Shown here: positions 17,277 through 26,216 of the stretch, in pieces
How the letters are laid out: each line of letters opens with the position of its first letter
How positions within the stretch are numbered: the first letter of the stretch is position 1
Assembly: GCA_902802945.1 (NCBI GenBank)
Contig: CADCOC010000017.1
Span: forward strand, 17,599-81,598
Origin: an uncultured bacterium
GTDB lineage: Bacteria > Verrucomicrobiota > Kiritimatiellia > RFP12 > UBA1067
DNA length: 64,000 bases
Direction: 5' to 3'
Made by a program: the position numbers and the translations under genes
Notes under the pieces: model-generated
What the model was told of the DNA's origin: nothing
What the model saw: the letters and a program-made list of their open reading frames with translations, nothing else
The model's database searches: none

Positions 17277-18581
17277 ATGTGGAAACTGATGGCAATAGCC
17301 GTGCTTGTGGCGGTTGCTTCACCGGCCGGCGAATTGTACGACGTCGTGGTTGTCGGCGGCGGGCCGGCTGGAATCGGCGCGGCGCTCTCCGCCGCCAAGG
17401 TCGGTGCGAAGACCGCGCTTGTCGAGCGCGATTCCGTGATTGGCGGGACGACGGTCCAGGCCAAGGTGTGCGACATGGGGCTCTTCAGTGCGTGGAAGCG
17501 GCAGATCATCGCTGGCCCGGCGTGGGATCTCGTGACGAACGCCGTGGCCGCCGCACACGGGACGCTCCCCGACTTCGCCGCGCAGCGTCCCGACAAGTGG
17601 ATGGCAAGCTGCGTGCGCGTGGATCCCGAGGTCTATTCGCGCCTCGCGGAAGAGACGCTGCGAAAGGCCGGTGTGACGGTTCTCACGAACGCGGAGGTCT
17701 CTTCGGTCACGCGGACGGCGGATGGCTGGGATACGGGATTCGCCGTCGGGCGGCAGATCGTCGATGCGACGGGAAACGCCACGGTCGCCGCGCTCGCGGG
17801 AGCGAGGCGCGAGAAGTCGCCTGACGACCTGCGGCAGCCGGGATCGTTCTTCTTCTGGATTTCCTCGAAGGGCGCGACGTTCGACGCCGCGGCGGTCGAT
17901 CGCGCGTTCAGGAAGGCCATCGCGGACGGCGAACTTCTCCCGACGGACGTTCATGTGGGGATGTCGTACTTCATCCGCAAGGGCGGAGGCTCGGGTTGCT
18001 ACATCCCGCTTGCGGACAACTCGACGCCCGAGGCGCGCGCGGACACCAACAGGCGCGGCATCGAGGCGAGGGATCGCGTCCTCGCGTTCATCCGCCGCCA
18101 GCCCGGACTCGAGACCGTGTCGCTCGTGTCGTCCGCGCGGGAAGTCGGCGTGCGCGAGACGTATCGCGTCGTCGGCGAGAAGACAGTCTCCGAGCGCGCC
18201 TATCTTGACGGCGTCGTGGAGGAAGACGCGCTGAGCTGGTCCTACTGGATGGTCGATGCGCACAGCGCGAAGAGGTCCCATGCGCGCCTCGTGTTCCACA
18301 AGGACGGCAAGATCGGCTCCGTGCCGCTTGGCGCGATGCTTCCGAAGGGCGTGGGCGACATGCTGGTGGCGGGCCGTGCGGTTTCGAGCGACCACGGGGC
18401 GAACTCCGCCCTGCGCGTCCAGGCGTCGTGCATGGCGATGGGGCAGGCGGCCGGCGTCGTCGCCGCGCTCGCCGCTTCAAGGCACTGCGATCCTCGCGAA
18501 GTCCCGCTTGAGGACATAAAGGCCAAGCTTTCCGAAATCGGTCATATCGTTCCGGCGGACGCAGAGATTACAAATCCCTGA
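17277..18581 (+). CDS. FAD-dependent oxidoreductase (PF12831-like) with N-terminal signal/anchor
   Basis: MWKLMAIAVLVAVASPAG, then the dinucleotide-binding motif YDVVVVGGGPAGIGAALSAAKVGAKTALVERDSVIGG. Confidence 0.8.
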   Translation: MWKLMAIAVLVAVASPAGELYDVVVVGGGPAGIGAALSAAKVGAKTALVERDSVIGGTTVQAKVCDMGLFSAWKRQIIAGPAWDLVTNAVAAAHGTLPDFAAQRPDKWMASCVRVDPEVYSRLAEETLRKAGVTVLTNAEVSSVTRTADGWDTGFAVGRQIVDATGNATVAALAGARREKSPDDLRQPGSFFFWISSKGATFDAAAVDRAFRKAIADGELLPTDVHVGMSYFIRKGGGSGCYIPLADNSTPEARADTNRRGIEARDRVLAFIRRQPGLETVSLVSSAREVGVRETYRVVGEKTVSERAYLDGVVEEDALSWSYWMVDAHSAKRSHARLVFHKDGKIGSVPLGAMLPKGVGDMLVAGRAVSSDHGANSALRVQASCMAMGQAAGVVAALAASRHCDPREVPLEDIKAKLSEIGHIVPADAEITNP

Positions 18582-18634
18582 TTTGTCGAGATAACTAGCG
18601 GGCGGATCTAGCCCGTCGGCATCGGGGCGGCCTC

Positions 18635-18945
18635 ATCCAGTCAATCCCGTCGCCCAAGGCAGAACCGTTCAAAATGTGGATGGCGAAGGTTGCTACAGAA
18701 CGCCTTGACCAGATTCAAGACCCAGAACTTTCCATCCAGCAGGCATTGGCTGATTATAGACGGCTCGGATATTCAGAGAGATGGATCGCTCGACGTCTCA
18801 AGTCCATTGGCATACGCAAAGATTTGACGGACGAATGGAAAGCGCGTGGTGTTGAGGATGAACGGGAATACGCCAGCCTGACGAACACGATCTACAAGAC
18901 ATGGGCGGGCATGACAGCGGGCGAATACAAGCGCTTCAAGGGATT
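18635..18945 (+). pseudogene. Remnant of a DinD/BRO-associated-type gene (both ends missing)
   Basis: LIQSIPSPKAEPFKMWMAKVATERLDQIQDPELSIQQA...RKDLTDEWKARGV...YKRFKG matches the central region of DNA-damage-inducible protein D-like proteins as I recall them. An in-frame TAG lies upstream, and the sequence after KRFKG is unrelated. Confidence 0.55.
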
Positions 18946-19015
18946 TAGAAGTCCCAGTCGTTTTCGATGTGGCAGTCGCGAAGTCCGTCATGTACGTCGG
19001 AAAGTGAATGTTTTT

Positions 19016-19114
19016 AGGGGTCTAGGAATCGTGTAAATTCGGCTTCGGAGGGGTCTAGGAATCGTGTAAATTCGACTTGCGAGGGGTCTAGGAATCGTGA
19101 TATAATATGCGCCG
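19016..19114 (+). repeat. Three direct repeats at exact 33-bp spacing (starts 19016, 19049, 19082); the third merges into TGaTATAAT (-10 at 19101-19106)
   Basis: aggggtctaggaatcgtgtaaattcggcttcgg / aggggtctaggaatcgtgtaaattcgacttgcg / aggggtctaggaatcgtgatataat, immediately upstream of the ATPase gene at 19138. Confidence 0.9.
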
Positions 19115-19137
19115 TTCCACAGTAAAAAGGCCTTTTC

Positions 19138-20505
19138 ATGAAAAGAAAGATATACGAGCAACTTCTGAGGTGGAAAAACGAATCCGCCCCCGAGACGGCG
19201 CTGCTGATCGAGGGGGCGCGTCGTGTCGGCAAAAGCTGGATCGTCGAGGAGTTCGCCAAGTGCGAGTATCGTTCCTTTGTTCTTATCGATTTCAACAAGG
19301 TGTCCAAGGCCGTGATCGATGTTTTCAAGAACGACCTTGAGGACCTTGATGTCTTTTTCAGAAAACTCTCAGAATACTACGGCGTGCGGCTTTACGAGGG
19401 GGAGACGTTGTTCGTTTTCGACGAGGTGCAGGAATTTCCGCGGGCGAGGGCGGCGATCAAGTATCTGGTGGAGGACGGAAGGTATCATTTCATTGAGACC
19501 GGAAGTCTCATGTCGATTGCAGAGAACGTCACCGGCATCGTGATTCCGTCGGAAGAGGATTCAATCAAGATGTTTCCCCTCGACTTCGAGGAATTCCTTT
19601 GGGCCACTGGCAGGGCGGACATGGTCGAGACGATCAAGTCGCACCGGCGCGACCTTGTACCGTTCGGGGCGGTTCACCGCAAGATGATAGAGGCTTTCCG
19701 GGAATACGTGGTGGTGGGGGGCATGCCTCAGGCGGTTTCATGTTGGGCCGAGACCCATGACCTCAAGAAGGTCGAGGCGGCGAAGAAGCGAATCCTCAAG
19801 CTCTACCGAAACGACATCCGCAAGCATGCCGGCCGCTATGCCATGAAGGCCGAGGCGGTGTTTGACGAAATCCCGGCGCAGCTGCAGGAGCATGATAAGA
19901 AGTTTCGTCTTGCGGTGATCGGTGCCGATGCGAGGATGCGGGAATACGGCGACGCGTTCCTCTGGCTCAAGGATGCGATGATTGTCAATGTCGCCTACAA
20001 TTCGACAGAGCCGACGGTCGGCCTCAAGCTCAGCGCGGAATACTCGACGCTGAAGTGTTACATGGCCGACACGGGACTGCTGATTTCCCACGCCTTCGGT
20101 TCAAACCCCAAGGCGTTGGAGGAGATCGTCAGGCGTGTCATGTTCGATTCAATCTCGATTAACGAAGGCATGTTGATTGAGAATGCCGTCGCGCAGATGC
20201 TCGTGTCGCAAGGTGTTGAACTGTTTTTCTACGCGAGATACGACAAGAAGGACGCGAAGAATCGAATGGAGATCGATTTTCTCCTCCCAGACGCGCAGAT
20301 CACCCGCAAGAAGCATGTCTCTGCCGTCGAGGTAAAGAGCGAGAACGACTACACGACGTCATCCCTCGATAAATTCAGGCGGAAGTTCGGCCAGTCCATA
20401 AGCGCAGCGTACATCGTCCATCCGGGCGATATCCGCCAAAAGGACGGAATCCTCTACATGCCAATCTACATGACTCCTTGGCTTACTGGTGTGAGCCCTG
20501 CATAG
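19138..20505 (+). CDS. AAA ATPase (AAA_14-like) with C-terminal DUF4143-like PD-(D/E)XK domain
   Basis: LLIEGARRVGKSW is the Walker A. LFVFDEVQEFP is the Walker B. The C-terminus has MEIDFLLPD...VSAVEVKSEN. Paralog of 30851-32200. Confidence 0.85.
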   Translation: MKRKIYEQLLRWKNESAPETALLIEGARRVGKSWIVEEFAKCEYRSFVLIDFNKVSKAVIDVFKNDLEDLDVFFRKLSEYYGVRLYEGETLFVFDEVQEFPRARAAIKYLVEDGRYHFIETGSLMSIAENVTGIVIPSEEDSIKMFPLDFEEFLWATGRADMVETIKSHRRDLVPFGAVHRKMIEAFREYVVVGGMPQAVSCWAETHDLKKVEAAKKRILKLYRNDIRKHAGRYAMKAEAVFDEIPAQLQEHDKKFRLAVIGADARMREYGDAFLWLKDAMIVNVAYNSTEPTVGLKLSAEYSTLKCYMADTGLLISHAFGSNPKALEEIVRRVMFDSISINEGMLIENAVAQMLVSQGVELFFYARYDKKDAKNRMEIDFLLPDAQITRKKHVSAVEVKSENDYTTSSLDKFRRKFGQSISAAYIVHPGDIRQKDGILYMPIYMTPWLTGVSPA

Positions 20506-20569
20506 CGGGTGGCTATAGCGTTTCCAACGACTGCAACGAATCAGCAAAACGAAGCGGAGGATAATGATC

Positions 20570-21259
20570 ATGCGTATCATGGCGACATCGGATTTGCATG
20601 GGAACCTTGACGGACTTGACCCGACGGGGGCGGACGTCGTCGTTCTTGCGGGCGACGTCGCGCCGCTGCGGGGACGCGGACCCTGGCACATCAACGACCA
20701 GAAGAAGTGGATCAACAAGCGCTTCCGCGAATGGACGGCGTCGTATCCCGACGTCCAGTTCGTCGTCATTCCCGGCAACCACGACTTCTATCCGATTGCG
20801 CACATCCTCTTCAAAGGACACGACATCGACTGGACGTTTGGATTCTCGCCCAACGTCCATTTTCTCGGCGACTGTGCGGCCGAAATCAACGGCATCCGCT
20901 TCTACGGTACGCCGTGGGTGCCGATCATCTCCTACTCGTGGGCGTTCGAAGGCGAGCCTGACACGCTGAGGCAATGGTTCTCGAAGATACCATCATGCCT
21001 CGATGTCCTCGTCACGCACGCACCGCCGCGCATTCCCGGCAGTGACGTGGACCGTTCGCTTCAGACGGACTCCGAGCATTTCGGCTCGTCCGAGTTGGCG
21101 GAGGTGATTGCGGAGAAATGTCCCCGCTTCGTCTTCTGCGGACACATCCACACGGGTCAGCACGGAGGCGTCGATTTTGAATCCAGCCGAATCTACAACG
21201 TCTCGCGTCTCGACGAGCGATACGAAATCGCCTACGAGCCGACATGGCTGGAAGTGTGA
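20570..21259 (+). CDS. Cytoplasmic calcineurin-like metallophosphoesterase
   Basis: MATSDLHGN, LAGDVAP, IPGNHDF, VTHAPP and CGHIHTG. No signal peptide. Start alternatives are 20564 and 20570 after GGAGG. Confidence 0.85.
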   Translation: MRIMATSDLHGNLDGLDPTGADVVVLAGDVAPLRGRGPWHINDQKKWINKRFREWTASYPDVQFVVIPGNHDFYPIAHILFKGHDIDWTFGFSPNVHFLGDCAAEINGIRFYGTPWVPIISYSWAFEGEPDTLRQWFSKIPSCLDVLVTHAPPRIPGSDVDRSLQTDSEHFGSSELAEVIAEKCPRFVFCGHIHTGQHGGVDFESSRIYNVSRLDERYEIAYEPTWLEV

Positions 21260-21285
21260 CGACAGGTGCAGGAAAGGAAAATGAA

Positions 21286-24141
21286 ATGAAGAGCTACAAG
21301 TCAGTATTCACCGTTGCCGCGTGTGCGGCACTCGCCTCATGCACGGCGTGGGGGATCATGAATGAAGTCCGGTGCTTCCGCGCGCCGGTGGGCGGCGCGA
21401 AGGAGGCCGTGGAGGGATTCCTCTGGCTTGAGGCGGAAAGCTTCGCCGACTACGGCGAGTGGCGTCTTGACACGCAGTTCACCCACAAGATGGGCAGCGC
21501 CTACCTGCTGGCCGCCGGCGTGCTGAAGCCGATCAAGCCCGCGACGACATCCGTTAATTTCCCAAAGGCCGGCAAGTGGCGCGCGTGGGCGCGCACGAAG
21601 GACTGGCTGCCCGAATACCATCCGGGGAGGTTCCGGCTGTCCGTCGCAGGCAAGCCAGGGCGCGAACTCGGCGCGAGTGGCAAGGACGGATGGCGCTGGG
21701 AGCTTGCGGGCGAATGGGAGTTGCCCGCAGGCGAGGCGAAGGTCGCGCTTGAGGATCTCACAGGCGCGTTCGCCCGGTGCGACGCGCTCTTGTTCACGCA
21801 GGACGCCGCCTATGTCCCGCCGGACGACGCGGCGGCGTGTGCGGCGGCACGAGGGCGCTTCACGGGCGCGGACGCCGAACCGGTCGCCGACGCGGGGAAC
21901 TATGACCTTGTCGTCGTCGGCGCGGGGCCGGGCGGACTCGGCGCCGCCATCGCCGCCGCGCGGCACGGCGCGCGCGTCGCACTCGTCCATGACCGTCCCG
22001 TCCTCGGAGGGAACGCCAGCAGCGAGATCGGCGTGCCGACCGACGGCGCGGCGGTGTCGCATCCCGACGCGCGCGAGGGCGGCATCTGCGAAGAGGCGAA
22101 CCTCCGGCGGATGGTCTTGCCGGACTATTCGATATCCCAGGCGTTCAGGGAGATGGCCGATGCGCTGCCGAACCTCACGGTGTTCGACAACCACCGCGTC
22201 GTCGCCGTCCGCATGGACGGCGCGCGTATCGCGTCCGTGGAGGCCCGCTGTACGCTCGACGGCACGCGCCGCCGTTGGGGCGGACGCATCTTTGTCGATT
22301 GCACGGGCGACGGCTGGGTGGGCGTCTTCGCCGGCGCGAAGAGGATGTACGGACGCGAGGCCGCCGCCGAGTACAACGAGCGCCAGGCACCCGAGGTGCG
22401 CGACGATCTCACGATGAGTGGCTGCCTTGCGAGCGCCACGTCGGAGTTCTACCGCTACGGGCACATGTACATCGGGTACAAGCAGAAGCGCGTCGGCGAC
22501 AAGCCGGTCCCCTACGAGACGCCCGCGTGGGCGCGGATACTCCCGAAGGGGTTCACGCGCCGAACCGGGTCTCCCGAAGGCGAGTGGTGGCTGGAGCATG
22601 GCGGTAGGTTCGACGACCTCGAGGACCCGGAGCGCGCGCGCGACGAGCTCGTGCGCATCAACTTCGCCTACTGGGGATGGCTCAAGAACGAATGGGTCAA
22701 CAAGGACAGCATCCGCTGCAACGCGCTCGTCGAGATGTCGCACATGAACGGACGCCGCGAGGGATACCGTCTCGTGGGTGACTACATCCTGACGGCGAAT
22801 GACTGCCTCCAGGGCAAGGTGTTCGAGGACCGCGTCTCGTACGGCGGATGGCCGCTCGACACACACGATCCGCTCGGCATCGACAACCCCACGGGCAACG
22901 GCTACTGGAAGCACCATCCCCGTGTGCCGATCTACACGATTCCGTTCCGCTGCCTCTATTCGGTGAACGTCCCCAACCTCATGATGGCGGGGCGTAACAT
23001 CAGCGTGACGCACATCGCCCTCGGCTCCACGCGGGTGGAGTCCACGATCCTGACCCTCGGCCAGGCCGTCGGCACCGCGGCGGCTGAGATGCTGAAGGCG
23101 GGGCTGATGCCGCGCGAATACGGTGCGGACCAGACGCGCATCCGCCGTCTCCAGCAGCTTCTCCTGAAGGACGATTTGTACATCCCGGAGGTCGTGAACG
23201 AGGATCCCGCCGACCTCGCCCGCACGGCGAAGGTGTCCGCGACAAGTACGTACACGAAGGGCGTCACGACCAAGTCGAACATTAGGCCGCCGCGCAAGGG
23301 CCGCAAGGTGCATCCGCTCGACATGGCGCGCGCGACGGGCTATCTGCACGACGCCGCGCGCGGGGCCAAATACTTTGAGTGCCTCCTCGAGTCGACGCTC
23401 TCCGCGTCGACGCAGATCACCGCGCGCGTTTACGCGGCGGCGGTCCCGACGGAGAGGGGCATGGTGCCGGGGGACACGTCGAGCTTCAAGTTCCTCGAAG
23501 AGACGAAGGGCACGGTTGTCCCCGGCGACGCGAAGTGGACGCGCTTCGACTTCCCCGCGATGCCGCCGGACGACGCGAAGTTCATCTGGATCCAGCTGCC
23601 GCGCATGGCTGGCGTCTCGTGGCGCCTCGCGGACAAGTCGCGCGGCGCGGTTCCCTACCGGGCGTGGTGCGGCAAAGGGTGGACCTTCGCCTCGGACGAG
23701 GCGTACGCGCTCGTGCCGAAGGGTGGGCTCCGTTTCGCCGTGGCGGACGTGCCGGAGCCGGGGCGCGTGATCGACGGCGTGTCGCGTAATGTCGGCGGCG
23801 TCCGTCACGGCTGGATCTCGGACCCCGCGAAGAAACTCCCGCAGACGCTTACGCTCGACTTTGGCAGGCCCGTCGTGGCGCGCGAAGTGCGGCTCACGTT
23901 CGACCCCAACCTTAATCCGCTCCATCCGCACGGCAATCCTCTTCCGCCCACGCTCGTCAAGGCGTATGCCGTGGAGGCGTTCGACGGCAGAGAGTGGATA
24001 ACGCTGGCGACCGAGACCAGGAATACGGTCCGCCACCGCGTCCACAAGTTCCAGCCCTGGACGGTGACTGCGGTGCGCATCCGCATCGACGAGACCTGGG
24101 GCGATCCCTCCGCCCGCGTCTTCGAGGTCCGGGTGTATTGA
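21286..24141 (+). CDS. Lipoprotein FAD-dependent oxidoreductase (PF12831-like) with extra N- and C-terminal beta domains
   Basis: MKSYKSVFTVAACAALASC contains a lipobox (LASC). YDLVVVGAGPGGLGAAIAAARHGARVALVHDRPVLGGN is the FAD motif. The C-terminal ~150 aa look discoidin-like (WISDP...LTLDFG...V.L.F). Confidence 0.8.
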   Translation: MKSYKSVFTVAACAALASCTAWGIMNEVRCFRAPVGGAKEAVEGFLWLEAESFADYGEWRLDTQFTHKMGSAYLLAAGVLKPIKPATTSVNFPKAGKWRAWARTKDWLPEYHPGRFRLSVAGKPGRELGASGKDGWRWELAGEWELPAGEAKVALEDLTGAFARCDALLFTQDAAYVPPDDAAACAAARGRFTGADAEPVADAGNYDLVVVGAGPGGLGAAIAAARHGARVALVHDRPVLGGNASSEIGVPTDGAAVSHPDAREGGICEEANLRRMVLPDYSISQAFREMADALPNLTVFDNHRVVAVRMDGARIASVEARCTLDGTRRRWGGRIFVDCTGDGWVGVFAGAKRMYGREAAAEYNERQAPEVRDDLTMSGCLASATSEFYRYGHMYIGYKQKRVGDKPVPYETPAWARILPKGFTRRTGSPEGEWWLEHGGRFDDLEDPERARDELVRINFAYWGWLKNEWVNKDSIRCNALVEMSHMNGRREGYRLVGDYILTANDCLQGKVFEDRVSYGGWPLDTHDPLGIDNPTGNGYWKHHPRVPIYTIPFRCLYSVNVPNLMMAGRNISVTHIALGSTRVESTILTLGQAVGTAAAEMLKAGLMPREYGADQTRIRRLQQLLLKDDLYIPEVVNEDPADLARTAKVSATSTYTKGVTTKSNIRPPRKGRKVHPLDMARATGYLHDAARGAKYFECLLESTLSASTQITARVYAAAVPTERGMVPGDTSSFKFLEETKGTVVPGDAKWTRFDFPAMPPDDAKFIWIQLPRMAGVSWRLADKSRGAVPYRAWCGKGWTFASDEAYALVPKGGLRFAVADVPEPGRVIDGVSRNVGGVRHGWISDPAKKLPQTLTLDFGRPVVAREVRLTFDPNLNPLHPHGNPLPPTLVKAYAVEAFDGREWITLATETRNTVRHRVHKFQPWTVTAVRIRIDETWGDPSARVFEVRVY

Positions 24142-24184
24142 CTTTGAATTGAAAAGAATACTACAACAGAAAGGATACTGCGAA

Positions 24185-24609
24185 ATGAAGAAGAACCTTG
24201 GAAAGAAGAACTGGATGTTCCCGATGCCAGTATTGATGATCGGCACCTACGGCGCGGACGGCACGCCCGACGTGATGAACGCCGCATGGGGCGGGATCAC
24301 GCTCGAGGACGAGATCACGATCTGCATCGACACCGGACACAAGACGTGGGCGAACATTGCCGCGCGCAAGGCGTTCACCGTCGCCTTCGGCACGGCGGAC
24401 GCCAATGCGAGCTTGTCTCGATGAACGAGGAGAACTGCAATGTCGTCGGCAAGATCCTCAACTGCGCGGTGGAGGAGTCCGCGATGACGGACGGCAAGCC
24501 CGACGCGGACAAGATGAAGCCCATCTGCTTCGACACCTGCCAGCACGTCTACCGTATTATGGGCGCGACCGTCGCCCCCGCGTTCTCCTGCGGCAAGGAA
24601 CTGATGTGA
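24185..24609 (+). pseudogene. Flavin reductase-like (FMN-binding split-barrel) gene broken by an internal deletion and frameshift near 24405-24412
   Basis: The N-terminal part MKKNLGKKNWMFPMPVLMIGTYGADGTPDVMNAAWGG...KAFTVAFGTADA is in one frame. The C-terminal part ELVSMNEENCNVVGKILNCAVEESAMTDGKPDADKMKPICFD...GKELM is in another. The middle (~60 aa expected) is absent. Confidence 0.7.
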
Positions 24610-24655
24610 ACGGCCTAGCGAATGTGATATGGCGGTGTTCGGGGCAGGGGAAAAC

Positions 24656-25348
24656 ATGAGAAAGAAGATGTTCGGCATCGTGGGGGCGTTGGCTCTTGCG
24701 TTGACAGGATGCGTGCAGGTACAAGTGGGCGTCGGCACGGACCACGGCTTCGTGTCGCTCGCCGAGGCGGTGCCGGACGTCATCCTGGAGATTCGCTACT
24801 ACTCGACGTACAACTTCGTGGGCGAGCGTGTGGACGGCTACGAGCGGCCGTGCGCGCTGATCACGAAAGAGGCCGCTGCCGCCCTCAAGGCGGCGAGCGA
24901 CGACTGCGTCAAGCGCGGGTACCGCCTGAAGATCTATGACGCCTACCGTCCGCAACGCGCCGTCGCGCATTTCATGCGGTGGGCGAAGGACACAAAAGAC
25001 ACGCGGATGAAGTACGCGTTCTACCCGAACCTGGACAAATCCGTTCTTTTCTCGCAGGGCTACATCGCCGAGCGTTCCGGACACAGCCGCGGCAGCACCG
25101 TTGACCTCACGCTCTTTGACATGAAGACCGGCAAGGAGGTGGACATGGGCGGCACGTTTGATTGGTTCGGACGCGAGTCGCATCCCGACTACAAGGACAT
25201 CACGAAGGAGCAATTCGCCAACCGCATGCTCCTCCGCGAAATCATGCTCGCCCACGGCTTCAAGCCGATCGCAGAGGAATGGTGGCACTTCACGCTCGTA
25301 AACGAGCCATACCCCGATACTTATTTCGATTTCCCCGTTCGGAACTAA
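24656..25348 (+). CDS. D-alanyl-D-alanine dipeptidase (VanX/DdpX family, peptidase M15D), lipoprotein
   Basis: Lipobox ALALTGC. EIRYYSTYNFVG, YRLKIYDAYRPQRAV, SGHSRGSTVDLTL and EWWHFTL. Confidence 0.85.
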   Translation: MRKKMFGIVGALALALTGCVQVQVGVGTDHGFVSLAEAVPDVILEIRYYSTYNFVGERVDGYERPCALITKEAAAALKAASDDCVKRGYRLKIYDAYRPQRAVAHFMRWAKDTKDTRMKYAFYPNLDKSVLFSQGYIAERSGHSRGSTVDLTLFDMKTGKEVDMGGTFDWFGRESHPDYKDITKEQFANRMLLREIMLAHGFKPIAEEWWHFTLVNEPYPDTYFDFPVRN

Positions 25349-25375
25349 AATATGGTACAATATTGCCGTTTCCAA

Positions 25376-25495
25376 ATGTGCATATTGGATGAGATTCGTG
25401 CGAAGCGGGATGATGTATTCGCTATCGCGATACAACGCAAAGCCTGGTGGCTTTGGGGTGGCGGTTTGCATGCCCGTAGGGAGGTGGTGGCATGA
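25376..25495 (+). CDS. 39-aa leading ORF of the DUF3791/DUF3990 cassette (possibly a decayed nucleotidyltransferase N-terminus)
   Basis: MCILDEIRAKRDDVFAIAIQRKAWWLWGGGLHARREVVA. It follows TGgTACAAT (25352-25360), and its stop overlaps the next ATG (ATGA at 25492). Weak resemblance to MNT-type ...IRVFGSVARGE. Confidence 0.25.
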   Translation: MCILDEIRAKRDDVFAIAIQRKAWWLWGGGLHARREVVA

Positions 25496-25719
25496 GTAGT
25501 CATGAGCTGGACAACAGAATAGAATACATGGTGACTTGCATAGGCGACTTTGCGGCACAACATGCGATGACGCCTGCAGCCGCATACGCATTTCTTGAAA
25601 AGTACCATGGGCTTGCCTTCTTGACCGACTGCTATGACATCGAGCACACTCAGTCCATTCAAACGGCGGTTGATGACATGTCAGATGTCTGCATTAAGAA
25701 TGGGGGCGTGTTCGCATGA
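25492..25719 (+). CDS. DUF3791-like small protein
   Basis: 75 aa, IEYMVTCIGDFAAQHAMTPAAAYAFLEKYHGLAFL. ATGA-coupled to the next gene. Lower GC than the flanks. Confidence 0.7.
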   Translation: MSSHELDNRIEYMVTCIGDFAAQHAMTPAAAYAFLEKYHGLAFLTDCYDIEHTQSIQTAVDDMSDVCIKNGGVFA

Positions 25720-26216
25720 TTCTGTATCATGGCAGCAACATGGTGTTCAGGACTCCACTTCTGGCAAAATGCAGTCCACACAAGGATTTCGGACAGGGTT
25801 TCTATCTTTCCGATTCATTCGATGTTGCCCGTCGTACCGCGCTTCGTGCTGTGCGGCAACGTGGCGGCGAGCCGTTTGTTCTTGTGTTCGAGGTTGATGA
25901 GAAGAAAATGCGGCAATTGCCTTTCAAGAGGTTTGCGCAACCGGGTAATCGAGCATGGGCAAAGTTCGTACTTGCCAACCGGAATCCGGGCATGGCGGCA
26001 TCGGATCACAACCGGGACCGACGATATGGGTGGGTCGTAGGGCCTATTGCCGATGACGGGCTGGCTTTTCTCTTCAAGATGTTTGAGCGCGGGTACTACA
26101 AACTCGGAGAAGTCTTGCGAAGAATGCAGTTTAGACGGAAATTGACCACTCAGTATTCTTTTCACACGCGTTCTGCATTGGCGTTGCTTGTGTTCAAGGA
26201 GGCCCGACATGTCTGA
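25716..26216 (+). CDS. DUF3990-like protein with ART/PARP-like H-Y motifs
   Basis: MILYHGSNMVF (PARP-like hYHGS) followed by FGQGFYLSDSFDVA (GxGhY). 166 aa. Sandwiched between two DUF3791-like genes, which is the classic arrangement. Confidence 0.7.
   Translation: MILYHGSNMVFRTPLLAKCSPHKDFGQGFYLSDSFDVARRTALRAVRQRGGEPFVLVFEVDEKKMRQLPFKRFAQPGNRAWAKFVLANRNPGMAASDHNRDRRYGWVVGPIADDGLAFLFKMFERGYYKLGEVLRRMQFRRKLTTQYSFHTRSALALLVFKEARHV

Noticed and set aside
18946-19010. Possible minus-strand gene end (...DVHDGLRDCHIENDWDF-stop) adjacent to the DinD-like remnant.
   Set aside because: Only about 20 codons are interpretable and no family was recognised, so the evidence is too thin to call even as a pseudogene.
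18674-19036. 120-aa ORF listed as an intact gene.
   Set aside because: Homology to DinD-like proteins begins upstream of its ATG (from about 18635, after an in-frame stop) and ends at about 18945. The remaining 30 codons read into the repeat region. It is treated as a gene remnant.
19016-19114. Possible mini-CRISPR array (regularly spaced direct repeats), also considered for 30752-30834.
   Set aside because: There are only three copies, and at locus 1 the units abut with no spacers. The last copy is fused to a promoter -10. There are no cas genes in the window and no leader-like organisation.
24149-24609. Two separate small genes (24149-24424 and 24286-24609).
   Set aside because: They are the N- and C-terminal parts of one flavin reductase-like protein in different frames, so this is one broken gene rather than two genes.
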